A stretch of DNA of 63,959 nucleotides, filler included, from Bigelowiella natans CCMP2755 (taxonomy: Eukaryota; Protista; Cercozoa), in NCBI GenBank assembly GCA_000320545.1. It is 13 parts of 13 records of this genome, joined end to end, with 100 filler letters (N's around TTAATTAATTAA, not from the genome) between each part and the next. Parts side by side here need not be neighbours in the genome. Positions count along the whole stretch, not along the records: positions 15,024 to 26,010 come from ADNK01002692.1; positions 26,111 to 39,731 come from ADNK01002053.1; 11 more parts are not named here. One strand, written 5' to 3'. Position numbers and translations under genes: made by a program. Under the pieces are notes generated by a model that saw only the letters and a list, made by a program, of their open reading frames with translations, did no database searches and was not told the origin of the DNA. Shown one piece after another: positions 19,581-33,090 of the stretch (its first letter is position 1; every line of letters starts with the position of its first letter).

Positions 19581-21069
19581 ATGCAGAAGTTTTTGATCCG
19601 AGGCAAAGTTAAACAACCAGCTGCGCTTAACAACCCGATCGAGAGAGAGAAAAAGGAGAAAAATAAACAAAACAGCTTGCAATCGGCGCTGGAAAATGCG
19701 TATTGCGAAGCTGTGAAGGCGGTATCACTAGAATTCAATATCAAAGTTAAAAAATAATCCCTTCTTCTAACACGTATTGCTTAAATCTTGTAGGGCTCTA
19801 ACCTTAGAGGGAGTTTCAGATTTGGATCTAACGTGAGTTGAAATGCGTAGTTCGTTTATTTCCCATTTTCATTTTCCCGTCCGTTTACAGTCAATCCTAG
19901 GGCTCGATGTAACCCCCGACCTTATGGGGGCTTTAGAGATCCTTCAGAAATTTATTGAAGAGTTTATCATTAAAATCTATGAACTCAAAAAACGGGAAGA
20001 ATTGGGCTGCGTTGATAATAATGAGCTGTTCAGGTACGGTCCAGTTGTATTAAGCGTGTATGAGTTGTATTAAGACCTCCCCTCCCCTCCGTATGAATCG
20101 TAATCCCAAAGGCTCTTAAATCTAATTTGGACAAGTATAGAAGCAACAGTTTCAAATGTCAGCGGAACTCAAAAATGTAAGGACTTCACAGACCGCCTGG
20201 TCATGATAGCAGAGGAGGCGATCTCTGATAATTCCAAGTTTTCCAAGTGCCGCCTGCAACTTCTCGGCTTTATTTTTCGGGTAGAGAGAACATTGAAAAT
20301 AAAAGTGGTACATTAACTATCTCTATTATCCCAGGCACTTAGTACTATAAATCCAGAAGTATCAATTCAGAAGAGAGGGTTTAAAGCCGCCCTGGATCTT
20401 TACTCAAGCAGATGCAATGAAACTGCTCTCATTGCCATGGCTTTCATTAATCACACCATTTCCTCAAGCCTCACGGGCAAGAAATCGGAGAAACTTAACG
20501 TGGAAGTATTAGATAAAGCCTACCTGGAGGGATCTATTTTAACCTTGCTAAGCAAAATCATACACGAAAATAGCTTTTCTGATACTCAGCGGATCGAGAG
20601 AGTGGCGCACTGCATCCGTAGTATCGACTACTCTGACTTTAAGCTAGAAATTATATACAAATTTGCGATGAATGTCAACATGGCCGCTACAAAGACGAGC
20701 TCTTCGACAAAAGATCACGATGCGGTACTTCTAGAAATTCAAAACTCTTTTGCAAAATCCATCTCGGAAGGTGGAGACGGTGCAGAGGAACAAATACCAG
20801 ACAAACTTCGCTCCAGATTGAAACATATCTTGCTAGGCAGCTACACTTTCGAAGTGATACAGATCGTTGAAAATAATCCCAAGCTAAAGAAGCAAGTGGA
20901 TCACAAGAATCAATCAAAACAAAAGTCGCCAGTGAGACAAAGCAAAAGAAAGAAATCAACTTTGGCTTCACCGGCCTCAAACAAAAAGAGGAGGAAGTCC
21001 GAGGAATCCAACTCTGTTTTTCGTGTAAGCATGGACAAAGTTCAGAAGATTCGTCAAAGCCTCTTTTGA
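19581..21069 (+). CDS. hypothetical helical protein with a basic C-terminal NLS-like tail; short introns
   Basis: MQKFLIRGKVK..., SILGLDVTPDLMGALEILQKF..., and a long last exon (ORF 20437-21069) ending ...KRKK...NKKRRKS...QSLF*. Confidence 0.7.
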
Positions 21070-21362
21070 GTCGTGGAAGTCGATTGCTCTGTGTAGGTGA
21101 CATTAGCATGTGCATGTCTGGCCGTACGGTGCTAGCCTGATTGCGCTGCACGATGAATGATAATATTGCTTTGCGAGCTGGCGCCATCATCTCTATGCTA
21201 TCTCTATATCTAGATGTATACACGCTGAACGTGTGCTGCATGTTATGTATCGAATTGTATAATTGCACATGTCTAGATGCATGTGACGTCGCGCGTCGTC
21301 ATCATGCATATGATGCGGAGCGCGAGTAGACATGTGTTAAGTCGTACACAAACGACACACAT

Positions 21363-21399
<37 letters not shown>

Positions 21400-21578
21400 A
21401 CGTGTAGAACACTCATTCATCGCACACCCTCTGCTAGTCTGGATGAAGAAAAATGCATTTGCTTGCAATTTATTGGTGCAGCAAGAGTGAGAGATGCCCT
21501 CATAGTATATTTATGAATTACTACATATTTCAGTGTTGGTGCTCCACAACAGTCGAAATATATGATAACTTCTCCCCC

Positions 21579-22560
21579 TCAGCCTGCTATTTCAGGATTG
21601 GTTTCCTTCAACGCTGAAGCCTCATAGTTGGTATAAAAATTATACTGATAAACCAATTTCGGTATCGAGGGCTGAAATTTGCATGGCATCCCACCATATA
21701 ATTTTTTCACTGTCGCAGCGTTCTCGACCAATGTACTTATCAGAATTTTGCCTTCCTCCTAAATATATGGATCCATTTTATCAATTATTCATGGATGAGT
21801 TGGACCGAGACATACCTGCAGAAGAAGCTTGGCGGCTTTGGCGTATAACGTAAGCACCTCTTCAGTGATGAACGGTGGGTCTATTACAACATAGTCGAAT
21901 TTTCCGTGTATTTCCTTTGGTATCTGGTAAAAATAGTATATCGTTAATCGTCAAGATTTCAATTTTGCAACCCTATTTACAATAAATATATTGTTTTTCA
22001 AATTTTCACTTCTAACCTCATCTGGCTTGTTGAAGTCGTATTCTACGAATCCGGGATCTTTCTTGAATCGTTTGTCTAGCTATCATATCATGGTATGGTT
22101 GTCCATATGTTAACTGTTGTACTTCAAATTGGGTATATCGTTCAAATCTGAAGCTTTAGGTCGTGGATATGTATAGTTTGCAAAATTTTAATAAAAAATT
22201 TCCACCATTTTGCGTATCTGATAAAATACTACTAGTTTTTGTTCTTACATCGAAGACTTTACTGTTGGTCCGAAGCTCGCTTTTTTTGGGGAGTGAGAAG
22301 TAGACGCTGGGTGTAGAGAGGAAGGCGCAGACCTTTGCATTCTCCATTACTTCTTTAACCATTGCATCGATTGTGTTAAGCGAATACCAATACTGGTTCA
22401 AATCTCCGTCTTCCTTCGTGCGCAAGAGAAATTTATTCCTTTTCTTAGATTCCTGAAATTCATGGCATTAAGAATTCATGATATTTTTCCTGTTGACTTG
22501 CACAAGCCTGACCCGCTTCTATACTTGATTCTATCCCAAATTGTCGCAAGTGCTCACCAT
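21579..22560 (-). CDS. EEF1AKMT1/N6AMT2/Efm5-like protein-lysine methyltransferase
   Basis: EDGDLNQYWYS, AFLSTPSVY, DKRF...FVEYDFNKP, FDYVVIDPPFI and YNFYTNYE motifs. The first coding exon is ATG alone (ATG|GTGAGC at 22560-22558). Confidence 0.88.
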
Positions 22561-23279
22561 TTTTTCCGAAAGAATGCATGAAAGACGTTTGAGAACAGAG
22601 CTAGCATGCTCTCTTACAAACAAAAATTGGGATTCCTGTCCGTCCCAAGGGATATGGAGACCAACCCCAGTCTATTGCGGATGCATTATCGACATAACAT
22701 GCTATGTTTCGTTACACCTTGCCCTCCATCCTTTTGGTTATCTACTTGCGCGCGTGGGCGTTTTGGTTTTTAGCTCTCTGCCCCCGGACTTTCGATTTTC
22801 AGCTGTCAAATCCTAAATATTCTTGTCGCACAGAGCGAAATCCTTTCCGTTTGTAAAATTATCAAAAATGCTCGTTTCCACGATGAATCTTCGGAAAACA
22901 GAGGGCGTTCAAGATTCCAAATTGCTAGGAGCGTCGGTCCGAAATAAGCGGTGCGGAATGGTATCTATTTGGCTCTGTGCGGAGCCGGATTCGAGTACGT
23001 CGCAGTAGAGAGAGATGAAGGAAGGGTTTTGAGGCAATCTAGCGTTCATGGTCGGCACCAGCTACTTCACGACGCGTCAAGCGGAAAGCGCAGGACGATT
23101 CCTGAGCGATCTGGACAATGCCGGTTGTCGGGGATTCGGATCTTTTGGTAAGCGGTCAGCTTCACTGCTTCATGAAAGGGAACTTTCCTGTTATCCCAAT
23201 AACTCGTAAGACTTCTAGGCTGATGTTGTCTTACCCCAGCTTGCCCCTGGAAACGGCTTCCTTCCTGGTTCCGATTTGC

Positions 23280-24789
23280 ATGGGCACAAGTCTGCATTCT
23301 GTTGCTTCACAAACTGGAATGGAGAGTGTAGCATTGGTTTCTGGCGTTCTGCGCGTCTGCATATTCTTAGCTTTGGCAGGAGCCTCGGTACATCTTGTGC
23401 TCAAAGCCTACAGAGATAAACTCTCTCCCAGCGTCTTAATGTTTCGCTGGGGACTAATTTTCCTTTCATTGCTCCAGGCCGGCATAGACTTGGTACGTGA
23501 AAATGCGAGTTTTGACAAATTTTAGATATTTTCTCTATGACGTGGAACGTCTCCAGATCCCTAGCTCTAAATACTGTGTCTATCCAATACTATTCTGCAA
23601 AGCCTGTCGGAACACCGTGGCAAGCAGCTGTCGTAATCATTGGCTTTCGAAATGTAAGCGCAAAACATGAGAAATTAGTCAATTGATAATTTCAAATGAA
23701 GCTTCTATCTGTAATATTTGCTGCAGATGCTGACGTGCAACTTAGTACTGGTAAGAAATCATTGATTAATATGAGGCGATATCTAATTACTGCATGTTGC
23801 GAACCCATTAGTACACATGCTACTCCGCCTGTGTCGCCTATTATGGTTCGGTTAATCTGAATTTTCAACGAATCGCGTGGAGGAAGGAGTTCTTCTTTTT
23901 TGGTTGTCATACCTTTTTATCTTCACTCTGATTACCTTTCTCATTCGAGTTCAATGTACCAGGGGGCGGCCTGGTGGACACAGTGTATCTTATTTCCATA
24001 ATAGGAACACTGGCAACTGATTCACATGAATGGGGTTTATTAAGTCCTGTGGCAAACATCATTACTGCTGTCATTGCAGCTACTGTCTTCATACCACAAA
24101 TAATTAAACTTAGAGTGGTGCTATTAAAACATACGCATTCTCTCGTTCCAGGACCAGAGACTGGCGCAAATGTGGATGTTGGAAAATCTGAAGAAAGACA
24201 AACGCCAGTCATTGTAAGGCATGATCAAACCCGAAAGACTATTTTCTCACAAAATACTGCTGGAGGACCTGACAGCAAGCAACTCCGGCCTGATCATATC
24301 GTGAAAAGCAGCTCAAGAGTGAAAAGTAGCTCAAGAAAGGAAAAGGCCCTCAACGATGGGATTTCATTGTCTTCTCCAAACCACCTCAAGAAGAATGCCC
24401 GGTTGTTCGAGCAATCTGCAAAATCAGAAGTGACTCAGGAGGACGATGTCGTGCTGGAAAGATCGTTTCGTTTGAGCCCAATTAAAGGGCTAATCCGCAA
24501 GCTAGGCTGGCTTTCTGGGTTGGCTACATTATTAGTCGTGCTCACAATTTTCATTTTTGTTATGATCATTATCGATCGAGTAAATATGAAAACTAGTTTT
24601 TCTGAACAACATCGAAATTCTCAAAGAAATGAACTGCCGGTTTCCGAGCACCTAGCCCGATGGGGTCTGCTTCTCGTTACGCTTGCCTTTATGTACTACA
24701 CAATTCCATCCACTCAAAAGATACAGGTCTGCAGGCTGTTCTCATGCGGTGGATGCTGGTGCAAGCTCAGACGATTTTGCTTTTCGTAG
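23280..24789 (+). CDS. multi-pass membrane protein, GPCR-like 7TM layout
   Basis: Six to seven hydrophobic helices, a long polar loop before the last two helices, and a Cys-rich basic tail (VCRLFSCGGCWCKLRRFCFS*). Confidence 0.55.
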
Positions 24790-25386
24790 CACCTAGACTG
24801 AAGTAGTCAAAGTTAAGACATGGCGGTATATCTCTACTGTAATGTTAGGTAATAATAAAATAAGCTTGATGATGAAGTGCCAATAATTAAAGTTACCAGC
24901 GAATTTCATGTTCAACGTCGTGCACTTACGACCTGCTAGTGCATGTATGCGAGAGCACTATTTTGGCTAAACATCCATAGTATCGGCGCGCGTGTTGTTA
25001 GCTTGCACACATTATGCCGTGCATACATGAGACCAACAGATTCAACGCTAGCGCTGTAGCCGCTGCATTGCACAGTTACATGACCAGATGAGGATGACCA
25101 TTGAACAAATTTAATTTGATTCATTCCATCCGTCTTACATGCGACTCTCATTGTGATGACAACTGAAATCATGTAATTATTTCATTACATCCGTCCCATA
25201 CATGCTGTACTACTCTCCTCACATCCTTGACAACGAGTTCTTCATGGATCTAGGCTTGTGTTTTCATTAATTCTCGAAATTCGGAGGGATGGCAGCTCGT
25301 GGCAATCACCGAAGAACTATCTGAACCTCGCTTGATGATTTGCAACGCAGCATCGTCCATCCTCCCCCGCTACTACACCCTTACTA

Positions 25387-25827
25387 TCATCTAACGTTGT
25401 TGCTGCCACTACTATCATTTCTATGGATATCGTCGTTATTGCTGTGTTTGACACTGCTCGAGGTTATATCATCCCCCCCTCCTTCCTTCGTCTCCTCCTT
25501 CTTTTTCAACGATGGTGCCGCTGCTATAGATTTTTTGATCTCCTTGCCGATTTCACAGTCTGTCTGGCTCAATATCATGTCTCTGAGCTTGATGATGTCC
25601 TCAATCTACCAATAATGACGTCGATGTTAACGATGATGATGGTTATCATAGTTTACGAATATGCACTTACGGTGAGCTCCTCGCTCAACTCCTCGAACCA
25701 TTCCAGCTCATATTGCTGTTCCTAGTGATTATTATTATTTTAGTATAGAGAGAGGGGGGGGGGAGAAAATTTGTAACGGGACAATCAAGCATTGGTGTTC
25801 ACGGTAAATCGAGTAGTAGCTACTATC

Positions 25828-25867
<40 letters not shown>

Positions 25868-26010
25868 TAATATGGCCTCACCAACCGAATGAAAATAGCG
25901 TATAACCTTAGGAATATGCAGTCTATGGAATTCGGCTATCATGTACAAAGTCGCAATCGCAATTTCCTGCGGCGAGAAGGAGAGGCACACGTTCGTTCGG
26001 AAACTGTCGA
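25387..26010 (-). CDS. transcriptional cyclin (T/K/L type), C-terminal part
   Basis: DSFRTNVCLSFSPQEIAIATLYMIAEF matches the second cyclin fold. Further exons give EWFEELSEELT and IEDIIKLRDMIL. The 5' end is lost in the gap. Confidence 0.72.
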
Positions 26011-26468
26011 NNNNNNNNNNNNNNNNNNNNNNNNNNNNNNNNNNNNNNNNNNNNTTAATTAATTAANNNNNNNNNNNNNNNNNNNNNNNNNNNNNNNNNN
26101 NNNNNNNNNNCCTCAGGAAGGAGGAAGCCACATCCAGCCGAACACTCAAACACATAACAAAGAACAAGGATGAGAAGGAGAAACAACAAGAACGACGAGA
26201 GCAACCCCAATAAGACCAGCAAGTCTTACTAAATCTTAAACAACGTGTTTCTCCTCTCCATCTCCCATGTCGTATGCGCGTGCGTGTGCGTGGGCTTGTT
26301 TTTTATCATTAGAAACTATCATCGTCGCTGTTCGTGTGTGGGATCTCAGTGGTAGTATCTATCGTGTGAGCACCTATTTTGCTGCTACATGGCCACACCC
26401 TCCCCCCCCCCTTAAACCCTTATATCCTTGCTTGAGCTCCTTCTTCTTGATTGTTCGCGTCTGCGCAG

Positions 26469-26860
26469 GTGGTGACTGTATCTTTCGAAATACCGTTGTT
26501 TATGGTCTCCCATCGGATATTGACTGCATTCGGTAGTAGGAACTAGCAGCAGCGCGGAAGTTGAGCTTCTACTTGCATAAATATATTAGTGGCGGGGGGG
26601 GGGGGGATCTCAAAGTAAAATAATTCAAAGAATCGGCGATTCCCCTTGTGAGAATAATTTACGACTGAACGAAATGACACTAGAATGCTCGTTACGATAT
26701 ATCAATCGTTTCCCTGTATGTGGGATTTGCCTTTTGTTGTTGTTGTTGTTCTTCTTCTTCTTCTTCTTCTTCTTCTTCTACCAGGCGTAGTCTACCTCAT
26801 CTTGATCGCTCAGAGCGCTTATGCGGTGCGAGTCATTGGATATACACTTGTCAACAAGGT

Positions 26861-26903
<43 letters not shown>

Positions 26904-27368
26904 TACTGGAACGAGGAGAAGAGGCCACAGCACGACGATTACTATGCATGTATGTAATAGACGACATCTTACTCTTCAACGATCAAATGTCATCATCCTC
27001 ATCATCATCCTCATCATCATCACTATCATCGTTATACTAGGCTTGGCTGATTCTCGCCCTGGAGCCTCTGCATGGTGATTTCCCATCATTTCGCACCTTA
27101 TAACATGGGGGTGGGGTGGGGTGGGGGGGGGGGGGATGGGGTTCAAGTACAACACAGTGCGCAAACGGGCATCAGATACTATAGATGACGGCATGATACG
27201 GGTATTTATTTATTTGTTGTTGGGGCACTCGGCGACAGCCACAACAAGCAAGCTTTGCTGCTCTTCCACTCGCTTTCCACTGCGCGCACCGTGCTATTCA
27301 TGCCCGGAGAGCTTCATGCGTAGATCTCACCGGGGGGGGGAGAATGGGGAGAATATAAGTGAGTTAAA

Positions 27369-27405
<37 letters not shown>

Positions 27406-28213
27406 TGGAATAAAGGCGTCACTTATGCTTGCGTGAAGACAGCTCAGGTTGATTACACAATCGCAGTAGTAGTAGTAGTAGTAGTAGTTGTTGTTGTTGT
27501 AGTAGTAGTGGTGGTAGTGGTAGTGAGTGAATAGGCACATCGGCCTTCTTGATTGACCACATTGAATAGAATCGAGCAACCATGCACAGTCGAGAGCGTC
27601 CGATCATACATCATATTGCGCATGTTCTAAAAAACACAAAGAAAAAAAGGGGGGGGGGGGGGGGAAAAAGAAACTATAACAAAAAGAGGCCCGAGAATGA
27701 TGTCTCCACTCTTTGTTTGCACGCGGAAAATGTAATGAACGAATAGGTGCATTTCACGGCGACTACGATATCACGCCCGGGCCTTGAGAGCACAGCGCAG
27801 GGATTGACAACTGTTATGAGTGCTTTGGGAACGATTGCTGGCCAATGGCTTGGGGGATGGGTGCGGCATTAAAAGAACACCACGCATTCTTTCTTATATA
27901 TATAAGTAGTGATCTCTGTGGCGACGATGATGCTGATGATGATGATGATGATGATAACGGCAGTATGATTGATTTGAAAGCCGGTTGCGGAGGCCATGGC
28001 GCACATATGATTGTGAGCGGCCGAGCACGAACATCTAGGTACAGATGGATTCATAGCACGTTTTGGCGTGTCTTTCTTATTCAGATAATGCAAGAGTACG
28101 GCCCATCAATTTTGTACAGAGGAGCCGGGTTGATTGTATTTACTTCATCCTTGGTGTTCGTTGCCTCCCACGTTTGTTCGTCGTCGCCAGCAGCTACTAA
28201 TCGGCGAGCATAG
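26469..28213 (+). CDS. MFS transporter (MFSD6/MFS_1-like), C-terminal half
   Basis: VVTVSFEIPLFMVSHRIL, AYAVRVIGYTL, WLILALEPLHG|VTYA, PGLESTAQGL and GQWLGGW|IMQEYGPSILYRGAG. Confidence 0.85.
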
Positions 28214-29681
28214 ATCTACCTAGATGCTGGGAAAAACGGTTTGTCCACGTTGTGCATTGCGCGACAGTCGTTGGTGAATCATTAGAGCGTAACATGAGCA
28301 ACAAATTTAGCCCGCCAAAGCAAGCATAAAATATGCACCTCAACAAGCATTCTAACACGCTGGGCAAGAAGAGGAAGCTTCACAAACTTCATGTTTTTCC
28401 TGCTGGCAGCATCATGATCGATTGCACATAATCGTTTGCCATGCATGATGAAGTCTAAATGTGCTACGCTAATCTTGTTTCATTTTGAGAAAAGCTCATG
28501 GAGTGCACAACAACGTGCAGTGCTAGATTAGTGCATGAGCATCGTCTAGATGTCATGACCCACCTGCAGTTGGCGGCGTTTAGTCATGCAAGCATGCACA
28601 GCGTGTTGCACTGGCACAGCTAGTGAGGGATTCGGACCAAGCATGCACGCGGCCATTGTGACTCATTGCATCTAGATGGCTAAATGGTGCGTGTGCTTCT
28701 TGCAATTCGTTGATCGTCGCACCCTCAAAAGGATTGCGTGGACTCATATACTCACTTGCGGCGCACATGTTGCGGATCGGATGCTGCATGCATGTGTGTG
28801 TGTGTGTGTGTGGCATGCTGTGCACATGCAGTCAACGAACGTGCAGATGCTTGCGAACGTTCTGTGTTTTCAATGTGCTTGCGCGATGTGTGCGAGGTGT
28901 CAATCACCATCTGTCCACTCTGTGAGCACACCTAGTACTGCGTGTGCTAGCGCCAACATTCAATCAACGCATCTCCCTTTCTGGGCATGTTGCAACAATG
29001 TGTAGCTCTGATGTGGAGGAAAACCATTCACAGGTGAAAAACCTACATGACAGAGAACAAAGCTGAGAAAACCTACACGTTAGACAAGGGACCCTTCCCC
29101 GTGTGTCATCTTAGAAAGTCTGCTTCTTTTCGAGGCGTCGCCAATTGCACACAGCACGACGTGGTCATCCAGCAGAGAGAGGCACTCGGTGAGAATGCCA
29201 GCCCGTGACGAATCGATGCGAAAGAATGGTGGTTGCTCTTGCACATTCCTAATTGGTCTACTGGGAGGTGATTCTCCTTTTTGTGCCGATGATGCATTTC
29301 TGCTGCTGGTTGCAAAGTGTTGGGGCAATTGAGGAACAACACTAGAAGAGGCCCCTTGCATGCGTGAAGACGAGAAAGAGTGGATAGATGGAGTTGAGAG
29401 AGAGAGAAAGAAAGAGAGAGAGAGAGAGAGATCAAGAAAGAGATCGAAGGCTCAGGTCGGATGGAGGGCTAATCTTTTGTCAGCGCCACCAGTAGCAAAG
29501 CGATGTGAAAATTGCACGGCATGAGAGCAGCAGCTGTGCCTTGTCTGAGTAGGAGAAAGAGCAAGGATGGTGGTTGCCCCTGCTGCACACTCCGCCCCAG
29601 AACACTGCACGACTTACCACCCTCATGCGGCGCTATCTTCTCATCACCCAGCTGCTGCTACTGGTACACCTACTACTACTG

Positions 29682-32600
29682 CTACAGCCTCACTTGATAA
29701 TCCGATTCGTGAGGGATATCCGGCTTGAGGCCCTTCCTCTTCCTGATCTCAAGAACGACGCGGCCAGCTTCGCTCTGCTTGTCGCGCGGGTCACCAGGCA
29801 CCGCGTCCCAGTGGGAGAACTTCATCTCCACGAAGGCCTCTCCCTTGGTGTTCTCACGCAGCTTCTTCGTGAAGCCGAAGCTGTTGCGCACGGAGAGGTG
29901 AGCGGCAATCTCGACGAAATCGCCCGCGGAGCAGGCTCCTTTCTGGTCGACGACTTGGCCGTGGGTCTGCCGCAGGGTGGTGAAGATGCCCTTCTCAGCA
30001 CTCTTCGGCCCGGTGAGCGTCAGCTCGAAGTACGGCTCGAGGAGACGCGAGTCGCTGAGAAGCTGCGCGGTGTGTACGCACTGACGGGCCATCGGCGTGA
30101 TCTGTCGCGCATTGCGATGCGCGGAATCAGCGATGATCTTGAAGTCCTCGACGGTCATCTGGAGGCCCGTGAGCGGTTCCTGGCACAGAATGCCCTTGGC
30201 GCAGGCCTCGGCGAAGCCGTCAAGCACCATCTCCTTGATTTCGTTCGCGTACTGCGAGCCACGGGAGCCATCGACGAGCATATTGCAGCTGGAGAGCTGC
30301 TGGTTGTGATGCAGAGCCCACACCTTCTTGGCCGTGGCAGGGTCGAAGGAGAACTCGCTCACGAGGGCGCGGGCGCGCTTCTTGGCGTCGGAGGAGATGG
30401 AGAAATCGCTGAGGTCGCTCTTGCTCTCCGGCGCGCACACAGCCTCGAGGAGGCCCTTGTCCATCGGCGCCGCGGTGGCGTGGATGCGATTGTGCTTGTT
30501 CGCGGACTTCGCGACAGCCGTCTCGCGTGACTCTGAGGCAATGGTCTCACGGAAGGATACGGTTGGCTGGGAGACGATGAGCGCGTCTGCGAGCGAGGGG
30601 CCCAGCTTCTCCCTGAGGTCGTTGAGCGACACGTCAAGATGCAGGATGCCACCCACGCACAGAATGAAGCCTCCGGCCACCTCTTCCGACTTGATGACTT
30701 TGATCAGTGGGTCGGCCTGAGAGAGCTGTCGCAAAGCCTTCGGTAGACGGTCGCCGGCTGCTCCCCTCGCGGCACGCTTGTCCAGATGCACAAGGACCCT
30801 CACCACAGGGGCCACGGCGTGGTGGAGCGATACGAATGTGTGCGCGTCCTTGGCTGTCGTCAGCGTGGCGTTCTTCTCCAAGTACCGATCGATGCCGGCG
30901 ATGGCAACGACGGCACCCGGCCCCACCCTCCCAGATATAGCCTCGACGTAAGGACCCATCACGTGGTTGATGGACGAGACCGGTTTCACGAATAAGCCGT
31001 GCTTTGCGCCTGGGTAGTAGTCGTCGCCGAGGATCCTTACTTGCTCTCCAGACTTCATCGTCCCGGAGAAGACGCGGCCAAAGGCGAGGAAGCGCGAGGA
31101 GGATGAGGACGACGAAGAGCCGCCGGCCGATAGCATCTTGGAGATGTACACCATTAGAGGCCCCTCGGGGTCACAAGCCCGCATGGCGCGGGATGCGGTA
31201 TCGTCCTGGGGACCAGCATAGAGGATCTCCGAGCGATATTTCTGCGCTTGCAGCGGCGATGGCACGTGTTGATGAATCATCTTGACCATGGGCTCAGCTG
31301 CAGGCATCCAACCCTTCATCAGCGCGCCGAAAAGGCGGCTCCCGACGAGTCGGTCCCCTTTCTTGTTCTTCAGCCCCGCGGAGTTTGGGCTGACGCCGAG
31401 GCGCCGCATCCACTTGCCGATATCGCCACCGCCCCCTCCCTTCCCTTCCTCGGAAGAGGAAACGACGACGTCCTGCCGTTCGAGGTGCTTCTCGTAGTCC
31501 TTGCAAGCTTTGAACAGGTTGTTGAGGGGGCGGAGAACGAAGTGGTTGAAGCCACGCACCTGTCGCTGGAGGGTCTTCGCTCGCGACCACAGCTTCGTCT
31601 TGGGGTCCCAGAAGTTATCCCCCCACAGCTTCTTCATCATCTTCCGCTCGGAAATGCCGCATCGGTTGTGGTATATGGCGGCCCAGTGGCGCAGTGTGAA
31701 GCCCCATCCGTGGAGACTGCGTAGTACAAGGATAATCGACGGGGGATAAGAGGAGGAGGAGGAGGAAGAGGAGGAGGAAGAGGAGAAGGTAGGAGATGGG
31801 AGGACGGGAGAGCAACAGTAGAAACAGGAATAAACACACACACATTTCGTTGGTTGGTGAAGAAGAGGAGGAGGAGGAGGAGGAGGGGAGGGGGGAGGAG
31901 ATGGAAGACGGAGAAGAGAAGGAGAATATATTTTTGTGTACGTGTGTATCTGTGTGTTAAGAGAGAGGAGAGGGAGAGGAGAGAGAGAGAGACTCTGCTC
32001 TCCTTTTTCCTTATACTTTTGAAAAAAAACAAGGCTAATCACCCGGATCCGAAGGCGACGGTAGCATTCTGTGGATGCACAGTCACGGGGCCCATAAGCT
32101 TGGGATCGTTCTGCTGGATCACGGCGTTCAGCGACTCAATGCCACGTAATATGCGCTGATAGCAGGCCTCGTAGTCCCCGGGCCAGAGAAAGAACATCTT
32201 ATCGAGCTTGTTCACAAAGAGCACCGGTCGGATTCTCTCCGCAAGAGCCTGTCGCACGACGGTACGGGTCTGTACGCGCGGGCCTTCTGCACAGTCAATG
32301 ACTACCAGAGCTCCATCTGCGAGCCGCAGGGCGGCAGTTACCTCGGAAGAGAAATCGACGTGACCTGGGGAGTCGATGACATTCAAAAGAACCTTTTCCG
32401 TTGGCATGGTGGTGTCGCGTGGCGTGTGATGCCATTGCAGAGGCGCGTTCCGGTCAAAACGCGAAGACTTCTTTTGCTTCTTTTTTTTTTGGGGCTTCTT
32501 CATCGTCTTGGCCTGTGAGTCGCATTTCTCAGAGCCACTTTTTTTAGCCTCGTCTTCTTTCGTATTCTGCTTTTTTACCATTTTCTTACTGTCATCATCG

Positions 32601-33090
32601 GAGGAGGAGGTGGAGGGGGAGGATCCCTGGATAGAAGCGGCGATTGTATTGCGACGTAGTTGCTCTGGCATGGGAACGTCGAACACAAAGGAAATAGAGC
32701 TTGACTTTATCGTAATGCCTCGCTCCTATAAAGACGAAAACAAAAATAGTGAAATGGTTTGGCTTCTATGCCAGCAGAGAGAAATTGATAGAAAATGGAT
32801 GAGCGAGGGAGGGAGGGGGGAGCACATAATATGTTGAGTCATTAATGTATCACATATACCGCTTCAGCGTCAAGAGAATCCATGAAGAGCTCGTTTCCTT
32901 TGCAAAGCTTCTTCGCGACGCATAGTGCGTTGACCAAGGTGGACTTGCCGTGGTCAACATGGGCTATCACGGCGACATTGCGGATCTGGCTGGTGGCGTT
33001 GTTCGAAAGCCCATCTTTGTCGTTTGACTGTTCGTTTTCGTTGTGACGAATGAAAGGTATGATCTCTTCAACTGCACGGCGCACAGACAT
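29682..33090 (-). CDS. divergent elongation factor 2 (eEF2) paralogue, about 982 aa, 3 exons (33090-32860, 32725-32043, 31716-29682)
   Basis: [16 protein letters not shown] (G1), [25 protein letters not shown] (G3), NKLD (G4), AFGSG|[31 protein letters not shown] and an eEF2-type C-terminus IRKRKGLK. Exon lengths sum to 2949 nt, in frame. Confidence 0.92.

Noticed and set aside
29080-29435. possible transposon relic ORFs
   Set aside because: No RT, integrase or transposase motif and no terminal repeats. Open frames are expected where TpA, and so TAA/TAG stops, is scarce.
29574-30530. 318-aa plus-strand ORF and other antisense ORFs
   Set aside because: Shadow frames of the GC-rich eEF2-like exon.
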